From Tricharina praecox (taxonomy: Eukaryota), in assembly GCF_024521635.1 (NCBI RefSeq), contig NW_026250413.1, positions 124,001 through 188,000 on the forward strand: 64,000 nt of DNA. Direction: 5' to 3'. Numbering within the stretch: the stretch's first letter is position 1; each line of letters begins with the position of its first letter. A program made the position numbers and the translations under genes. The notes under the pieces are model-generated. The model worked only from the letters and a program-made list of their open reading frames with translations. It did no database searches and was not told where the DNA came from. Positions 48,895 through 62,089 of the stretch are shown piece by piece.

Positions 48895-51800
48895 CTACGC
48901 CGCTATCTGCTCCCCGCCGAATAGACTATCAATCCTGACGGTGGTACTCCTGACGTCGGGCAGGACGAGCACCACATCGGCGTTAGCCTTGTACTCGGTT
49001 TCGCAGCTGACATTATCCGCACCGTCGGTGCACTTTATCTCCACGTTCGGAAGCGAGAGCTGTCCGGGCCGGGTGGGGACCAGGACGAGCGCGAACGTCT
49101 CGACACTGCCGTCGACACCGGCAAAGTGTGCGCGTTTGCGGCCGCTGATGAGCCACGTGTCCGGATTGTTTTGGACTTCGTAGAAGAACTCCATGGGCTT
49201 CGCGAGGGCTTCGGCGTCGGCGGTTGTGTCCCAGTGCCGCGAGTGGCGGATTATCAGTTCTGCTTGGAGCGAGACGCCGACCGTCACCATTGGCGGTGCG
49301 TAGGGTGAGGATAGTTGGCGCGAGATGCTGTCGCAGAGCAGGTTTAGCTCGACCGTGTGCATCACCTGCAGCGCCGGGACTTCGACGGGGATGAAAATGG
49401 AGCGTGTAATGGAGGTTAGGATGTCCTTCTGGTTGAGTGGGATCGTGGCGTGTTTCTACTTTCGATAAGCATCTCGTTTTCGGTGGTTAGTCGATGAGGA
49501 AGCATACCGTGAAGAACTCCTTCAACCAACTCTCCACCTTTGCCCGTTCACCGGAGCGCTGATCGATCGCTTCGAGCGCATCCTCCCATCCGTACTCCTC
49601 GTACGTGCCGATATCCACCTCTTCGAGCAGCGCTGCAGTCTCAAGCTCAGTGGGCGACCTATGTCTGAACCGCATGAAAAGCCCAGGTAGTAACCAGTGA
49701 ACATATCGCTCGAAACCGGCATCCTTCAGATCCCTCTCGAAGACACTCGACACCGTCTCTCGCAGCTCTAATCCAACCGTCAGACTCCATCAACATCATC
49801 CGCCGAAGCCGGAAGCAACAAACCTTCGTCCATATTGGTGTACTCGATAACGAGCGCCAGACTCTCCGGCGGACTAGTAACATCCATCTTCCTCATGATC
49901 TTATAAGTAAAGTTCGCCGGCTGCTTCGCGAAAACCGTCATGCTCCCCTCGGTACCCACACCGCCCTCGGCATAGAACGTCTTGCTCTCGTGCAAGCCGA
50001 CGGTAAAGACCCTGAGCGGAACCTCTGCGGCAGCAGTCGAAACCTGGAACTTGGAATAAAGCGCTTTCTCTTTGAAGATGTCCTGCACGTTTACGGCCAG
50101 CGGCAATGCCACGAGCACGTTCAGTGTCTCGATGAAGAGGAAGCCACCCTTCTCGGTGGTATAATCCACCTCGAGGCGAACCATCAGCTCCGTCAGCTCG
50201 TTGTCCGAGTTGTACGGGAGCCTCACACGGATCTCGCTCTCTGCCGGAAACTCCTTGAGACACAGAGTTCCTGGCTTCTCGGGGTTGACCACCACCACAT
50301 CCGTCCCGCTAACGACCTCGAGAGATCCAGTGATGAGTCTGAGTCCCGCAGTCGCAGAGCGGATACGAAGCTCTCCCTTCTCAATGGTATTCTTCCCTGA
50401 CGAAACCTTAATCTCTACCATCCGCATCTTCTCCAGGTGGATATCTTTCGGCATCTCCAGTTTTCCCGTCAATCCCCTCGGCGCGGGAAAGAAGCTCAGC
50501 TTCGTTTTCTTCGCAGCCGCAATCGCTGTGCCGGCACTCGAAACCAATCCCAGAGGAGTATCGGGCATCGTTCGAGCCATAAACTCGTGCACAAACTTGA
50601 GTTTTCCGGCAGTAATGGTGAGCTGCTCCACGATGTACCTGCCCGGTATCGTCTGGTTGGTAGAAACAGTGCTCTTAACGATCCCCCTCCTCATTTCAAT
50701 CGGGCCCGAGGATTCAAGCGTCAACTCACGGCCTTGTAGCGGCGGCGCGGAGACGACTCTGACGGTAATCTTGTCGATGGTCAACGGATCGGTGAGTAGA
50801 TATCTCATCCGCACACCGACCTCGAACCCATCTTGATCTACCGAATGGCGCGGATACGGGTCGACGGAGACGTCGCTCCAGAAGTGCATTATGGGATTGA
50901 CTATCTCCCTCGGAATATCTGTAGAGAGTGCCATGACCTCCGATACATATCCCCGCACGTCGACGTGTGAAGTATTCAGCCTTCCCAGCGGCGACTGTGT
51001 CGGCGGTGTCTCAACGTCCTTTCCGGCGAGTCTTCCCACGCGGGCTCTTTCCGCGGCGGCCGACTTCTTGAGGAGCTTGAGGAGAACATTGGTGTGCTCT
51101 TCTGGCTTTTGCATCTCCTTAAGACACTTGGCATACATCCCCAACAGCGTCGTCTCGATGAGGCCCCAGCCTTGCTCCTCATAGAAGTCCGTCATGCGCT
51201 TCAGGTGCACCGCGGCGGTCTCGTACTCCTTCAGGTGGCTGCAGAGATGTCAGCAAATGTGCGAATATACGAGAATCGGGTGCTATAGCACACAATTTCA
51301 AGGCTGCCAGATCCGACTCCACCCTCTCGGCACTCTTGTACCGTTTTGCGAGGCCGTAGTATCTCATGGCCTTCTCGCTGAGCTCCGCAAACCGTGAGTA
51401 GAACCCCCCGTCGTCCTCGGCCGCCGCCTTCAGATCCTTGTTCCGAACACCCTCGGGCACCCAGGCCGCCGGCTTCCCCTCGTTCTTCGTTGCGTCATCG
51501 TCACCATCCAGATTCACCTCTTCCATCTCCCCCGAACCATCGCCAACATTGAACCACCCCTCGCGTCCCACCCATCCTCGCCTGGCTCCTATGCCTTCGA
51601 GGACTGTTCTAGCAAGAACAATGAGCTCAGCACGAGCAGCCACAACCTCCTCAAGGCCCGTAATACCCCCCTTCATCGCTTGCGCAAAGGCGGGAGTCTT
51701 TAGCGACAAGCTGCTGGATCGCTGCGGCAAGAGCCCCTTATCCGAGCCCTCTTCCAATCCCTCCGGGATTGCCGAGGAGGTAGTCTGTTGGAGCAGCTGT

Positions 51801-53377
51801 GAACATACCGCGTAGGTCCACGATGCGATCAGGTTGTCGATTATTGCGCTAAGTTCCTCGGATGAGGTGATCTCGTCCTTGTGCTTCTTCTCCGAGCCTT
51901 GGAGTGAGTCTTGGTGGGGCGCTGTGAGATCCGCCCGGAGAACCCGAGCAACGGTGGTGATGAAGTCGACTCCGCGCCTGCAAATCTCGGCAAGACGAGT
52001 CAGATCATCCCCCTCCTCCGAGGCGGATTCCTGCGAGGAATCACCGTTCCGCTTTCCCAATCGTAGCAGCAATGTCGCCTGTCGTGCAAACAGGTAACAC
52101 CTAAAATCAAAGACCGAGATCTCGTTGCTCAGGATAAGCTCCCGGTACGGTTTCTTATCCGAGGCGATTGGATGTCCCTCCTCGATCTCATCCACCGCCT
52201 CCCCTTCTCCCGTCTTCCTCGCCTTCAAACATTTCCTCGCCTCCTCGATCCAGTAGAGCCCCTCCTTGGTCCACCCGATGAAACTACCACCGATGACCTC
52301 CCCCTTTTCCTGCTCCCTGACAATCGCCTCCAGCCCAAACCCCAACTCGTCATACAACACCAAGGCGTCCTCGACGAGTCCCACGCTCTCGAACGCACGC
52401 GCCAGGCCCTCCTTCAGCACGAAAAACGTACAAAAGTTCCACCCGGGCAAACTCCTCTGGGAGTCCCTTTCCCTGACATCCTCCTCATACTGCGTGACCC
52501 TCGCATCGAAGCTGGCCAAGATCTGCGTCTTAAGCTTTGCCACCAGGTCCAGCCACGCGGTATCGACCTCTGCGGGGGTCTCGGGCGTGGTGGTCGCCGC
52601 CGTCGACGCCACCGGCGGGCTGAGCGTCTGCAGATCCGGATGGGACGGGGCGATGCGGATCTGCGCGACCCGGTCGATCTTCGCATTCGACCCATTGAAG
52701 TCGGAGCGGATCTTGTCCAGCAGTGTCTGCGAGCCCTTCATCCACCTCGACGTCCCCGTAACGTTCGACGCGGACGAGCTCGACCGCGGCTGCTGCGCGG
52801 CGGGCGTGCCCGGGAGAACCACATGCAGGATTAGCCACTCGTGGGCGTCGTGGTTGTCGGCGCCGTCGACGGTGGCGTGCGTGGATACCCACTCGCGCAG
52901 CAGCTTGCGCTGCGTGTTCTTGTAGCTCTCGTTGTCGTCGCATCGCAGGATGTACACCTTCAGGTAGGGCGTGTTGCGTAGTCCCGGGATCTGGTGGCGA
53001 CGCTCCTTCCGTGGGCCGGCGCGGCTGCGCGATGCGGAGCGCGCGATGTTGCTGGGTCCTTCATTGGAGCGGGTGGAGTCGGTGGATTTGACGCGGGTTA
53101 GTTCAGCGGAGGTTTGGAAGGCCGGCGAGGTGAGGTTGGTTGGAGACGGGGAGTATGGAAGGAGGTCAACGTGGAGCGAGGTAATGGATCGGACGGGACG
53201 CGCAGGGGATTTCCAGTGGAGGTTTCGAAGGGGGAGGCGCGTTCGGAGATCCGGGGCAATGAGTGGGAAGAGCGCTGCGGGGTCCCAGTAGCTGTGGATA
53301 GGTCAGACGAAAGGCTGTGGATGGCCGGGCAGGAGTCTATACGTTACGGCGACCTTGGAGGTAGAGCTGGGTTCCAT
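48895..53377 (-). CDS. TRS130: TRAPP II complex subunit Trs130 (TRAPPC10)
   Basis: Start MEPSSTSKVAVT/YWDP..RLPLRNLHWKSPARPVRSITSLHVDL, ERRHQIPGLRNTPYLKVY, QRSLPGWNFCTFFVLKEGLARAFESVGLVEDALVLYDEL, ILSNEISVFDFRCYLFARQ and C-terminal WLISGRKRAHF..LVPTRPGQLSLPNVEI. Several short introns, including 53292-53342. Confidence 0.92.
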
Positions 53378-54128
53378 TGAGTGTGTTGGGATGGAGGAGA
53401 GCTTCGTTCTGATGGATGCTCAAAGGGGTATCAATTGTTTCGTACGCATAGAAAAACAGACAGGCAGATCGTCAGGTGGAGCTACAGTTAGCATCAAGGG
53501 ACTGAAGATGCACAGCTACTTCACGCCTGGCTACTTCCATCTTCGAGGTTGCTCACTTGTTACGTACAAGCCCCACTAAGCAAGCATGCAGGCCCAGAGC
53601 CGCAACGCCATCACCAGGTAGGAATCAATTCTCGGGACCGTCACCATTTTAAAGAAATTAGATTTTTAAGGCGTCAATCACCGAATTAAGGACCAGAGAT
53701 CACATAGTAGGGGGTCATAATCGTAATTTTCCTTATTCCTATCATAGCACACCAATCCCCTTCATTCCGCCAGGTCATAATCATGTCAACAGCATCAAAG
53801 CCAACAAAAGAAAGAGACAAAAAGACGCACACATCAAAGAAGTAGGGTAGAAGTACAAATCTCCGTCCTTCAAGGCAAACCAGAAGCCAGCAGATCAGAA
53901 CTCGGAGAGAAAGCCACGCATAGATCGCCCCCAAAGACAAAGAGAATCAATAGTACAGACCGTTTCCAAAACCACAAAGCACAGCACACGCAGTTGACAG
54001 GGGGTATCCTACGCTGAAAACAAACACAAAATTGAAAAAGCGAAAGAAAAAGGGGAAAAAAGAGAAGGGCGCAATCATTGTGATCGAAACCTAAAGTATA
54101 CATTTCCTCCAGATGACGATCGACACAC

Positions 54129-56129
54129 CTATTGCTGCGGGACCGGAGGGATGGGTGGCACCACATCGTCGTTGTCCAATCCTCGCCTCTTCTTCCGGTC
54201 CGGCTTGTTTGTCTCCGCACCGGTGACGCCGCCGCCCATGACTGCGTTCGATATCGCGTTGCTGACCTTTCTAACGCTAGCACCACTGATCTTCCGCAGT
54301 CCGGTCAATCCAGGGCTCTTGCTCCGGCCAACCACTCCGGGGCTCTTGCTACGTCCAGTGCCGCGTCGCCTATTCACAACCAGTGATGTCGGCTCCTGCG
54401 GTGGCTCGGTGACGGACGAGTTCAGCACTGGCGAAAGCGGAATCTGGGAAAAGCCTTCGTCCATCTCTGTGTCTTCGTCGACGGTTCCGGGACTCATGAC
54501 ACCGGGCGCGAACCGATTGTCGGCTGGGCTGGGCTCGGGAGAGTCCGGGAGCATCTGGTTCGGGTGCCTGGTGACGATCTTCTGTGCTGGGGTCTCAGAT
54601 AACATTGTCTGTGATCTGGCTCCTTTCTTCGTGTAGGGTACCGGCGGCGGAGGCATTCCGTTGCTGTTCTTGTCTTGACTCGCCCGGGAAACAGGAGTAG
54701 GGTGCGGGGGCGCTGGTGGAGACATCTGGCTGGGAAGTTCGGGCATGGGAGGGATGGCACCGCGAGCGGTCTCTTCCAATTCCCGGCGAACCTTCTCCAG
54801 CTGTTCCTCAAGGTTGGAGACCTTCTTCTGCAGACGCTCCGCTTTCTTTAGCTCACGCTTAGTGAGGGGCTTCACGGGTCCGCCATTGCTACCGGCGGTC
54901 ATGGTGGAGGCAATGGAAGTGGTGGAGATTGAGCCTGCGAAAACTTTAATCGACGTCCGGCTGACGATGTCGAGGGCGTTCTTCGGTTTCGTTTCGGTTT
55001 GGCCGTGGGAAGGGGCAATGGCCGTGTCTTCATACTTGACACTCATCGGTTCCTCTTCCGGCTCATCAACCTCGGTTTCATCACCATCGTCCTCGTCCTC
55101 GTCCGGTGGAAAGTACTCGTCCATATCACTTCCAATGCTCGCAATCTCCGCCCGCTTCCTCTTCCTCGCACTGCCGCCGAACATGTTGCCTTGGTCCGAG
55201 AAACTCGCCGCAAAGTCGTCATCCATGCTAGTAGCCCCCCCAACATCATCCGGATGCCTGACCAATGTCCCCTTGAACTCCCCGCGCGCCTTCATCTCAA
55301 AGTACAGCTGCTCGGCCTCCTTCTTCTGCTTCTTCATCTCCTCCTTCTTCCTCTCGCGCTCATCGTGCAGCGCCTTCTGTCGCGCATACGCCGCCTTGGC
55401 CTCCTCCACGATCGAGAACGGATTGAACTTGAAAAGGCTTCCCAGACCAAACGTGAACCGCTTCTTCTTCCCCTCCCTATCAGAGCCCAGCGACAAGCCA
55501 GACGAGGAGCTAACATTCCCCTCCTCCTCACTGGCACTGCCATTGCCACCGGCGACCTCCTCCTTAGCCGGCAGCACAGGTCCAATGATCTCTCTCGGCG
55601 GCGGCACACTAGCGCGATCGCGCATGCTGCCCTCGATGAACCTGCTGCGCATCTCCTCCTCCTCCCTATCCTCGTCCTCCTTCTCCTTCTCGCGCCGTCT
55701 GCGCTCCCGCTCCTCTTCGTTCTCGCGCCGAATCGCCTCCTTGGTAAATTGTCGCCCCGTGCTCCGCGGCAACACCTCCTTCTCCACCACGCTCAATGGC
55801 GTCGTGCTCCGGTCAAATTCCATCGACGCCCCGCGTGAGCCCTGTCGCCGCTTGCGCTCGAACGATTCGCGCCCGATCCGGATTCGCTCCTGTCGCCGCC
55901 GCTCGGCTGCCATGGGGTCCTCAGTAATGGCGGCGGGCGTGGGTGTGGGCGCGACGGTGGTGGTGGTGGGCTTCGGCTTCAGCGAGAAGCTGAAGGAGTC
56001 GCGCAGGATCTGTCGTCACGCGGTCAAGATTAGCACCCACCTCTCTCTCTTTCATTCTCTCACGCACAATCTCTCTCATGGATGGGAAGGGAGGGTAGAA
56101 ACCTTCTGTGGAGTATTCAATTCCGCCAT
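54129..56129 (-). CDS. Hypothetical charged/coiled-coil, low-complexity protein (~635 aa)
   Basis: 594-aa ORF extended upstream via intron 56010-56102 to exon MAELNTPQK (weak GTTTCT donor). E/R/K-rich segments and a coiled coil LQKKVSNLEEQLEKVRRELE. Confidence 0.8.
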
Positions 56130-57139
56130 TATTGCGTGTGTTTGTGCGTTTGTTTGTCGCTATGATGTTTGTGTTTGTGTTTGCGCGCGATGCGTGCGTG
56201 CGATGCGTGCGATGCGTGCGATGCGAGGTGATGTTTGGTTTCGCGGGGGAGGTCAGTGCGGTTCAGTAGAGTAGAGTACGGTGCGATGCAGTGCGCCCAA
56301 GTTGGCCCAAGTGGCCCAATCCCCCAATCCAATGAGAGCGACGCGGTTGCGGGTTGCGGGAGGGAGTGGAAGTGGCTGGGGGTCGTGTCGGGGGAGGGGG
56401 AGGTGGAAGGGGAGGGAAGCGTGTGTCGGTTGGCGCGAGGTTTTATGTAAGTAAGAGTGTCTGTCCTGTCCGACGGTAAAATTAGATGAGATGAGGTGGA
56501 CTGGAGCGAAAGTCAAAACAAAACACTCTGGGAGTCTGGGATGTAGTTAGTTAGGGGACACGTGAAGGTGCGGTTGGGAGGGTAACGCGCCAGAGTAGAC
56601 AGGGGACGGCGCATGGTGAATGCGCTCGTGGTCACTCGGATCTGACAGACAGAACAGCGGACAGCGGGAGGCATATCCCATACATGTTCGGGAACTTATA
56701 AAGTTTCTACATACATACAGTGCATGAAGTTGACCCAATCTCAATCTTGATCGATGCCGAGAGGTTTGGTAACGAGTGATATCGAAAGCATTCTGCGAGC
56801 AGTGGATTCCGCAGAGAAGCTTGTGTAAGAGTAGAAACTCACACTTCCCTCCTCCTCCCGAAGCTTTCCTAAACATTTTACAGTGTAACTAGGTAGTAAA
56901 TAGTGTCCGGTGGCATGTTTGTGGCTCGAATCCTGGCCCCGGCCCCGGATAACCTCTGTAGATACTCTACATATCAGCCCTGTTTCTCATTGTCTCTGGT
57001 ACCTATTGGAAATTGGCACCGAGGATGGTCGAAGTATGTACACGTAAGTGGGTCAGAGGCGAGTCATGGTAGCAAACATGACTAGGTAATCGAGACGGTG
57101 AGTCGTGTGGCTGTGGGGTTGTGTGGTTGTGTGGTTGTG

Positions 57140-57445
57140 TATTCCAGTCCAGCAGTCGGTGTGGATTGGATGGACTGCAGTCGACTGGATGGACTGGATG
57201 GACTGGGCAGTCGGCGCAACTGGTAATAAGGGCTGAACAGACTGCAGTCGACTTGATGATGGACTGCAGTCGACTGGATGGACTGCATGGACTGGATGGA
57301 CTGGATGGACTGGATGGATTGGATGGACTGCATGGACTGGATGGACTACAATCCAACCCCGTCCAGAAAATTGGCGGACGGGACTGGATGTTGGCAGTCC
57401 GTCCCGTCCGGACGCAGTCTGGACCGGACTATGGAGAACACTGAT
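57140..57445 (-). mobile_element. Non-autonomous DNA-transposon end/relic (hAT/MITE-like), same family as 42633-42780
   Basis: Minus strand begins CAGTGTTCTCCATAGTCCGGTCCAGACTGCGTCCGGACGGGACGGACTGC, followed by tandem CCATCCAGT and GTCGACTGCAGTC repeats. Confidence 0.55.
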
Positions 57446-57631
57446 CGCATGGAGGCAGTTCCAACTTCCAACTTCCTGCTAGAAAAACCTCCACCATATT
57501 ATTCAGACGACGGTGGAGTAAGAGATAGAGAGAGCTGGTATGGTACGAAAAGAGAACACGTGATGGTACGTTGAAAGAGTGATGCCCCCCGCTAGCCACA
57601 TACCTAGTTCGACCCAAAAATTTCAGAAAGT

Positions 57632-57785
57632 GTCAGTCTGTCAGTCGACTGCAGTCCGAGACGGTAAATCTTGGGGACGGACTGAATTCAAACCGTCCTC
57701 CAATTTTATGGACTGGACTGGACTGGACTGATGCAGTCCGTCCAATCTGGACTGCCGTCCGGACTGGACTATCGGGAGCATTGCA
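57632..57785 (-). mobile_element. Second diverged copy of the same putative transposon terminus
   Basis: Minus strand CAATGCTCCCGATAGTCCAGTCCGGACGGCAGTCCAGATTGGACGGACTGC resembles the 57445 end. Also contains GGACT repeats and CAGTCGACTGCAGTCC. Confidence 0.55.
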
Positions 57786-60358
57786 CCCACCGACAGAGAC
57801 GCCACGAGAACCCGGCGGGCAGCGGCCACGAGTGCTAACCCATGATGCAGCCCACGGTCCCGGGGTTATAAACTCCGAAACGGGCAGCTCAGCGCACTTT
57901 GTATCCAAACCGAACCACCACCACCACCACTACCACCACCACCATCACGACGATCAGCCGCCAGTCGCCGCAGCGCCAGGGCTACCCAGTTATGTAAACT
58001 CTACCTACATGCGCAGAGTAGTCTTGTATGTATGAAGTAGATACCTCCTACCTACATCCTACCTCTTACTTATGAACCTTCCGCGACGGTACGTCGGTAC
58101 CCTCCCAGGCCCCTCCCAGGCTCCCAACCCGGTCCCCGGTCCCCACCATTCCCGACCCGAGTCCCAGTCTCTCTCCCACCTCCGACCCCCGACCCCCGAC
58201 CCCCGACCCCCACCCCCACCCAATCATAGCCGCCGGGTGACGCGCGGTGACGGCGATACTACGGTATACTCTACTATATACTACATACTGCAGACAGACA
58301 CACACCGTACATACGCGTTACCGAGGGAGGAGCGTCGCCCCCGCCCTCCACGCTCCGCACTGCGCGCGAGCGCGAGCGCTCGGCAGATGCAGGTGCCTGC
58401 CTGGTCGCCTGCCCCCCCACCACCCTTCGTTCTCCGTCCCCGCGGTAGTTGCACGGTTATATATGGCATGTATAGTACCTACTCCAGAGTCCATAGTAGG
58501 CAGCCTATATACCTAGTGAGTTGCCACCGTCCATGTCAGGCGTTCGATATTCCTACTATGTACCGTACCTAGTAGACGGTGAACGGTGAACGGGATCTGG
58601 AGATCATGCTGGGAGAGGATGAGATGGGAGGCTGGGAGGATGGTTGGCTGGTTGATTGGCTTGAGCGATACTACATACTGGTACATTGGCGCCTATAGTA
58701 CATACGACGGCCACGGCCAGCAGGACCCAGCAGCAGCCTTTCTTTCCTTTACTGCTATCGAGTAGAATAGAATACAACTACCTCGAGCCGAGAGCCAGCG
58801 TACCCGGAGTAAATAGGCCTGGGTGGCTACTCTAGAAGCAGAAGCAGAAGCAGCAGCAGCAACTACTAGAAGTCCGCGGCGGCACTGACATCGTGGTCGT
58901 CTGTGGGGTCACTCGCTCGCACACGCACACGCATACTGCGCTTCCCAAGTACTCTAGACTGTAGGCACTGGGCGGCACCGGTAGTTGGTAACATGTATGC
59001 CAATGGGGTGATCCGATTTCCCCCCCGCAGCTCGCCAGATCGCCGCCTCTCTCGACGATATTCAATGTAACATAACGTCTTTATGCGATCGCGCCCGCCC
59101 TCCCCCAGTCCCCCCTCCTCCCCCTCCCCCGGACCACGACCTCGACCGCGAATACGCCCCCCGGTTCCTTGCGTCACGCCACTCCGAAACACCGCAGTCC
59201 TTGTCCGTATACAGTCCGTGGCTGGCCGTGACCGTGGCCGGAACGGGAAGAATCTCTCCACCTTCTATGTGCTCTACCTTCTACCCGCGCATCGTTCGAC
59301 TTCGAGGTGCCTGCAAGCTGCCAGCCTGCTAGCCTGCCAGCCTGCCGGTGCCCGCGAAGAAACGATAGATAGATAGATGAAGATGGGGATGAAGATGGGG
59401 ATGCACGCAGCACGACGAACAGGGTACGTTACGCCATCACGTCACGTTCAAGGTTTGCGATATAGTACCGGTATGTAACATTAAAAAAGTTACACGGGTG
59501 GTTTCGACTCTCGAGTGCGTACGAGCGGTAGGTGCGGTACCTACCAAGGTACCTACATCTTATGGACTTATGGACTCCGGGGGAAGGAGTTGTGGGAGGA
59601 GTTCTGGAAGGAGTTCCGGAAGCCTGGAAGGGGCCTGGAATTGAAGCTTGGAGGGCACGACGTTGAAGCTTGAGCCAAATCTCGGTGCGGTACGTTGCGT
59701 TGCGGTGCGTTTTGTAGGGTATACTGTACACTGTATAATAGTACTGATTTTGGGTAGCCGAAGTTTCTGGATGGCGAGAACGGAGGAATCATGCTTTCCG
59801 GTACTTACCTACTTGGGGAGGGGTGATGCATTCGAGTCTCGATGGACGAAAGCAGTGCTGGTGCTGGTTACGCCATGGCTTTGGCGTGATTGTGTCCCCT
59901 CTCTTCCCCGCGCGGCTATGGTGTCCGGTCGTGATGTGTACGGCGGTCGTCATCTAATAGGAATCTACTTGCGCCATAGGATTCTACTTGCGTCATGGGA
60001 TTTCTACTTGCGCAATGGTGGGTATTTGTAGCCCGGGGTCGTCATCGGACGGAATGGGGATTTCACTTTCGAACCTTCCTTCACAGTCCCATACCCCCCG
60101 TGCCTGTGAGTTTTTAGGGGTTCTGAGGAGGGGCCTTTATCGATCCCGACGACGGAGGGCGATCGTGGTTGACTCCGTCGCCTCGATAAGACATTATGGA
60201 GATAGTGCATACTGTAGCATAGATATCCAAGATGCAGCCAGGCGGCAGAGAAAACCTTCTTGACGGACTCCGCTGCTACAAAGGAGTGGTCTCTCTCTCC
60301 CATCCGCATCGAGCATCGAGCATCGATCAAGCCGGGAACCATCACGAACCAGGCCACC

Positions 60359-61037
60359 ATGCGTTTCCTCTGTTTCGGCCGCAAACCATCCACAGGGGGT
60401 AAGGGGGACAAAGAGGGCAAGGACACAGACTCGTCGTGGTCCTCTGGGTCCTCACAGTCGGGGCCGGGACCTAGACGAGAAGGCACGCGTGGGCACCTCC
60501 TCGGCGTCCACGACCTCCTCCTCCTCCTCCGCGCCCGCACCCACACCCTCACGCAAGTCTCTCCGCAGCTGCATCCGGATCTTCTTCCTCCCCCGCACCC
60601 GCTCCTCCCACTCCTCGCGCATCCCGCCAATAGACGACTACATCCTGATCGGCGCCGCCGGCGTAGCCGACCACTACCCGCCGGCGGCGTTCCAGCAGCT
60701 GTATGACGCCGACGCCGACGACGGGCCGGGGGCGCGCAAGTACCAGTGGGTGGGCACGCCGCGGGTGGGGGGCTGCGGGGGGGACAAGACGGTGCTCCTC
60801 ACGAGGCTCGTCCGACAGACGTATAGGACTGTCAGCTGGGAGGAGTTCCGTGCGGATCTCGTGCACGGCCAGATGTCCACCGAGATCGGCGCAAAGTGGA
60901 TGTGGGTTGCTGTGGATAGGAAGGGTCGGTTTTCTTCCTCCCTTTCGAGTAGAGTGCTGAATGAATGGTTGGCTGGATGACTGGCTGGCTGGCTGGCTGA
61001 CGATTGCATAGACTGGAGGCGGCGCAGGCGAAGGTAG
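60359..61037 (+). pseudogene. Hypothetical gene with apparent frameshift near 60460 (pseudogene, assembly error or unrecognised splicing)
   Basis: MRFLCFGRKPST..SSQSG is in one frame. The coding-like continuation GRDLDEKARVGTSSAS..IDDYILIG..KYQWVGTPR..WEEFRADL is in another. A probable last intron lies near 60924-61011. Confidence 0.45.
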
Positions 61038-62089
61038 CGGAGAAGAATCAGAAGAAGCGGCAGAAGAAGCCGCGGAAGTGAGGTGAAGTGAATTGACAAA
61101 AGAAGCTCGAAGCTCGAAGCTTGAAGGAAACAACGGGAGGTTGCTAGGGGCCAAGGTCTTCAAGAGGAGAGGCCGTTGTATTAAATGCGCGCCTGTTCAT
61201 ATACATACATAGATCGTTGCTGCATATCCCTATGTGGAATATGTAGGTTTGTACAATACATACTACCTAGCGATGGATCTAGGTCCATATATAATTCATC
61301 AGGATCGCTGGGCTGGGCTGGGTCGAACCGATCCGAACGCATGACATCTCTTCCCGAACTCCCATCCACGTCTGCCGTATGTACTCTACCTAATGTATGT
61401 AGTACCAAGGTATCAATTACGCACCTGCAGATTTCTTGCGCTCGCGCTCGCCACAAGGCTCGGGAGATGTCTTGCAGATGTGTATTAATGGTTGATTCAT
61501 CCATACCATACCCGCTCCCGCTCCCGCTTCCGCCGCCGTCGCCGTCGCCGGCTGGCTGGCTAACAATGTAGAGTACCTACAGGCGAGCGGGCCTTGCGGT
61601 TAAGGCCTAACTAAGGGCGGTGGGCAGTGGGCTGTCAACGACGGTGCATAAAGTACCGTAGGTCCGTAGGAGGCTATGGGTTTGTCCATTGAGAACGTGG
61701 AGCGAAGTTTGCAGTACCAATATACCTCGTATATAGAGGACGTATATAGAGGACGTATATGAAGCCCTACGTACCCACCGTGAAGTCAATTGGGTTGGAG
61801 GGGGGGAGGAGGTCTCTGGGATATTGAAGACGGACACTGGACAGGATGGATGGAACTTCCCTCCGCGGATAGTTACATATTATGAACCAAGAGTCCAAGA
61901 CGTGACAAATATCCGCACCCACTTCCGCTGGTTCGGTAGTTAGTTAGCCACCGACCCACTCACCGAGAACAACCCTCGGAACTGACCATCACCTACCTCA
62001 TACCTACACATATCGGTACTTCTTGGATACCTTTAACATTCTGCTCATCACGAAACCTGGCCATGGAAAACCTATGTAGACACCGGATT

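Noticed and set aside
54745..56274. 509-aa plus-strand ORF
   Set aside because: Antisense mirror (Ser/Phe-rich) of the Glu/Lys-rich minus-strand gene.
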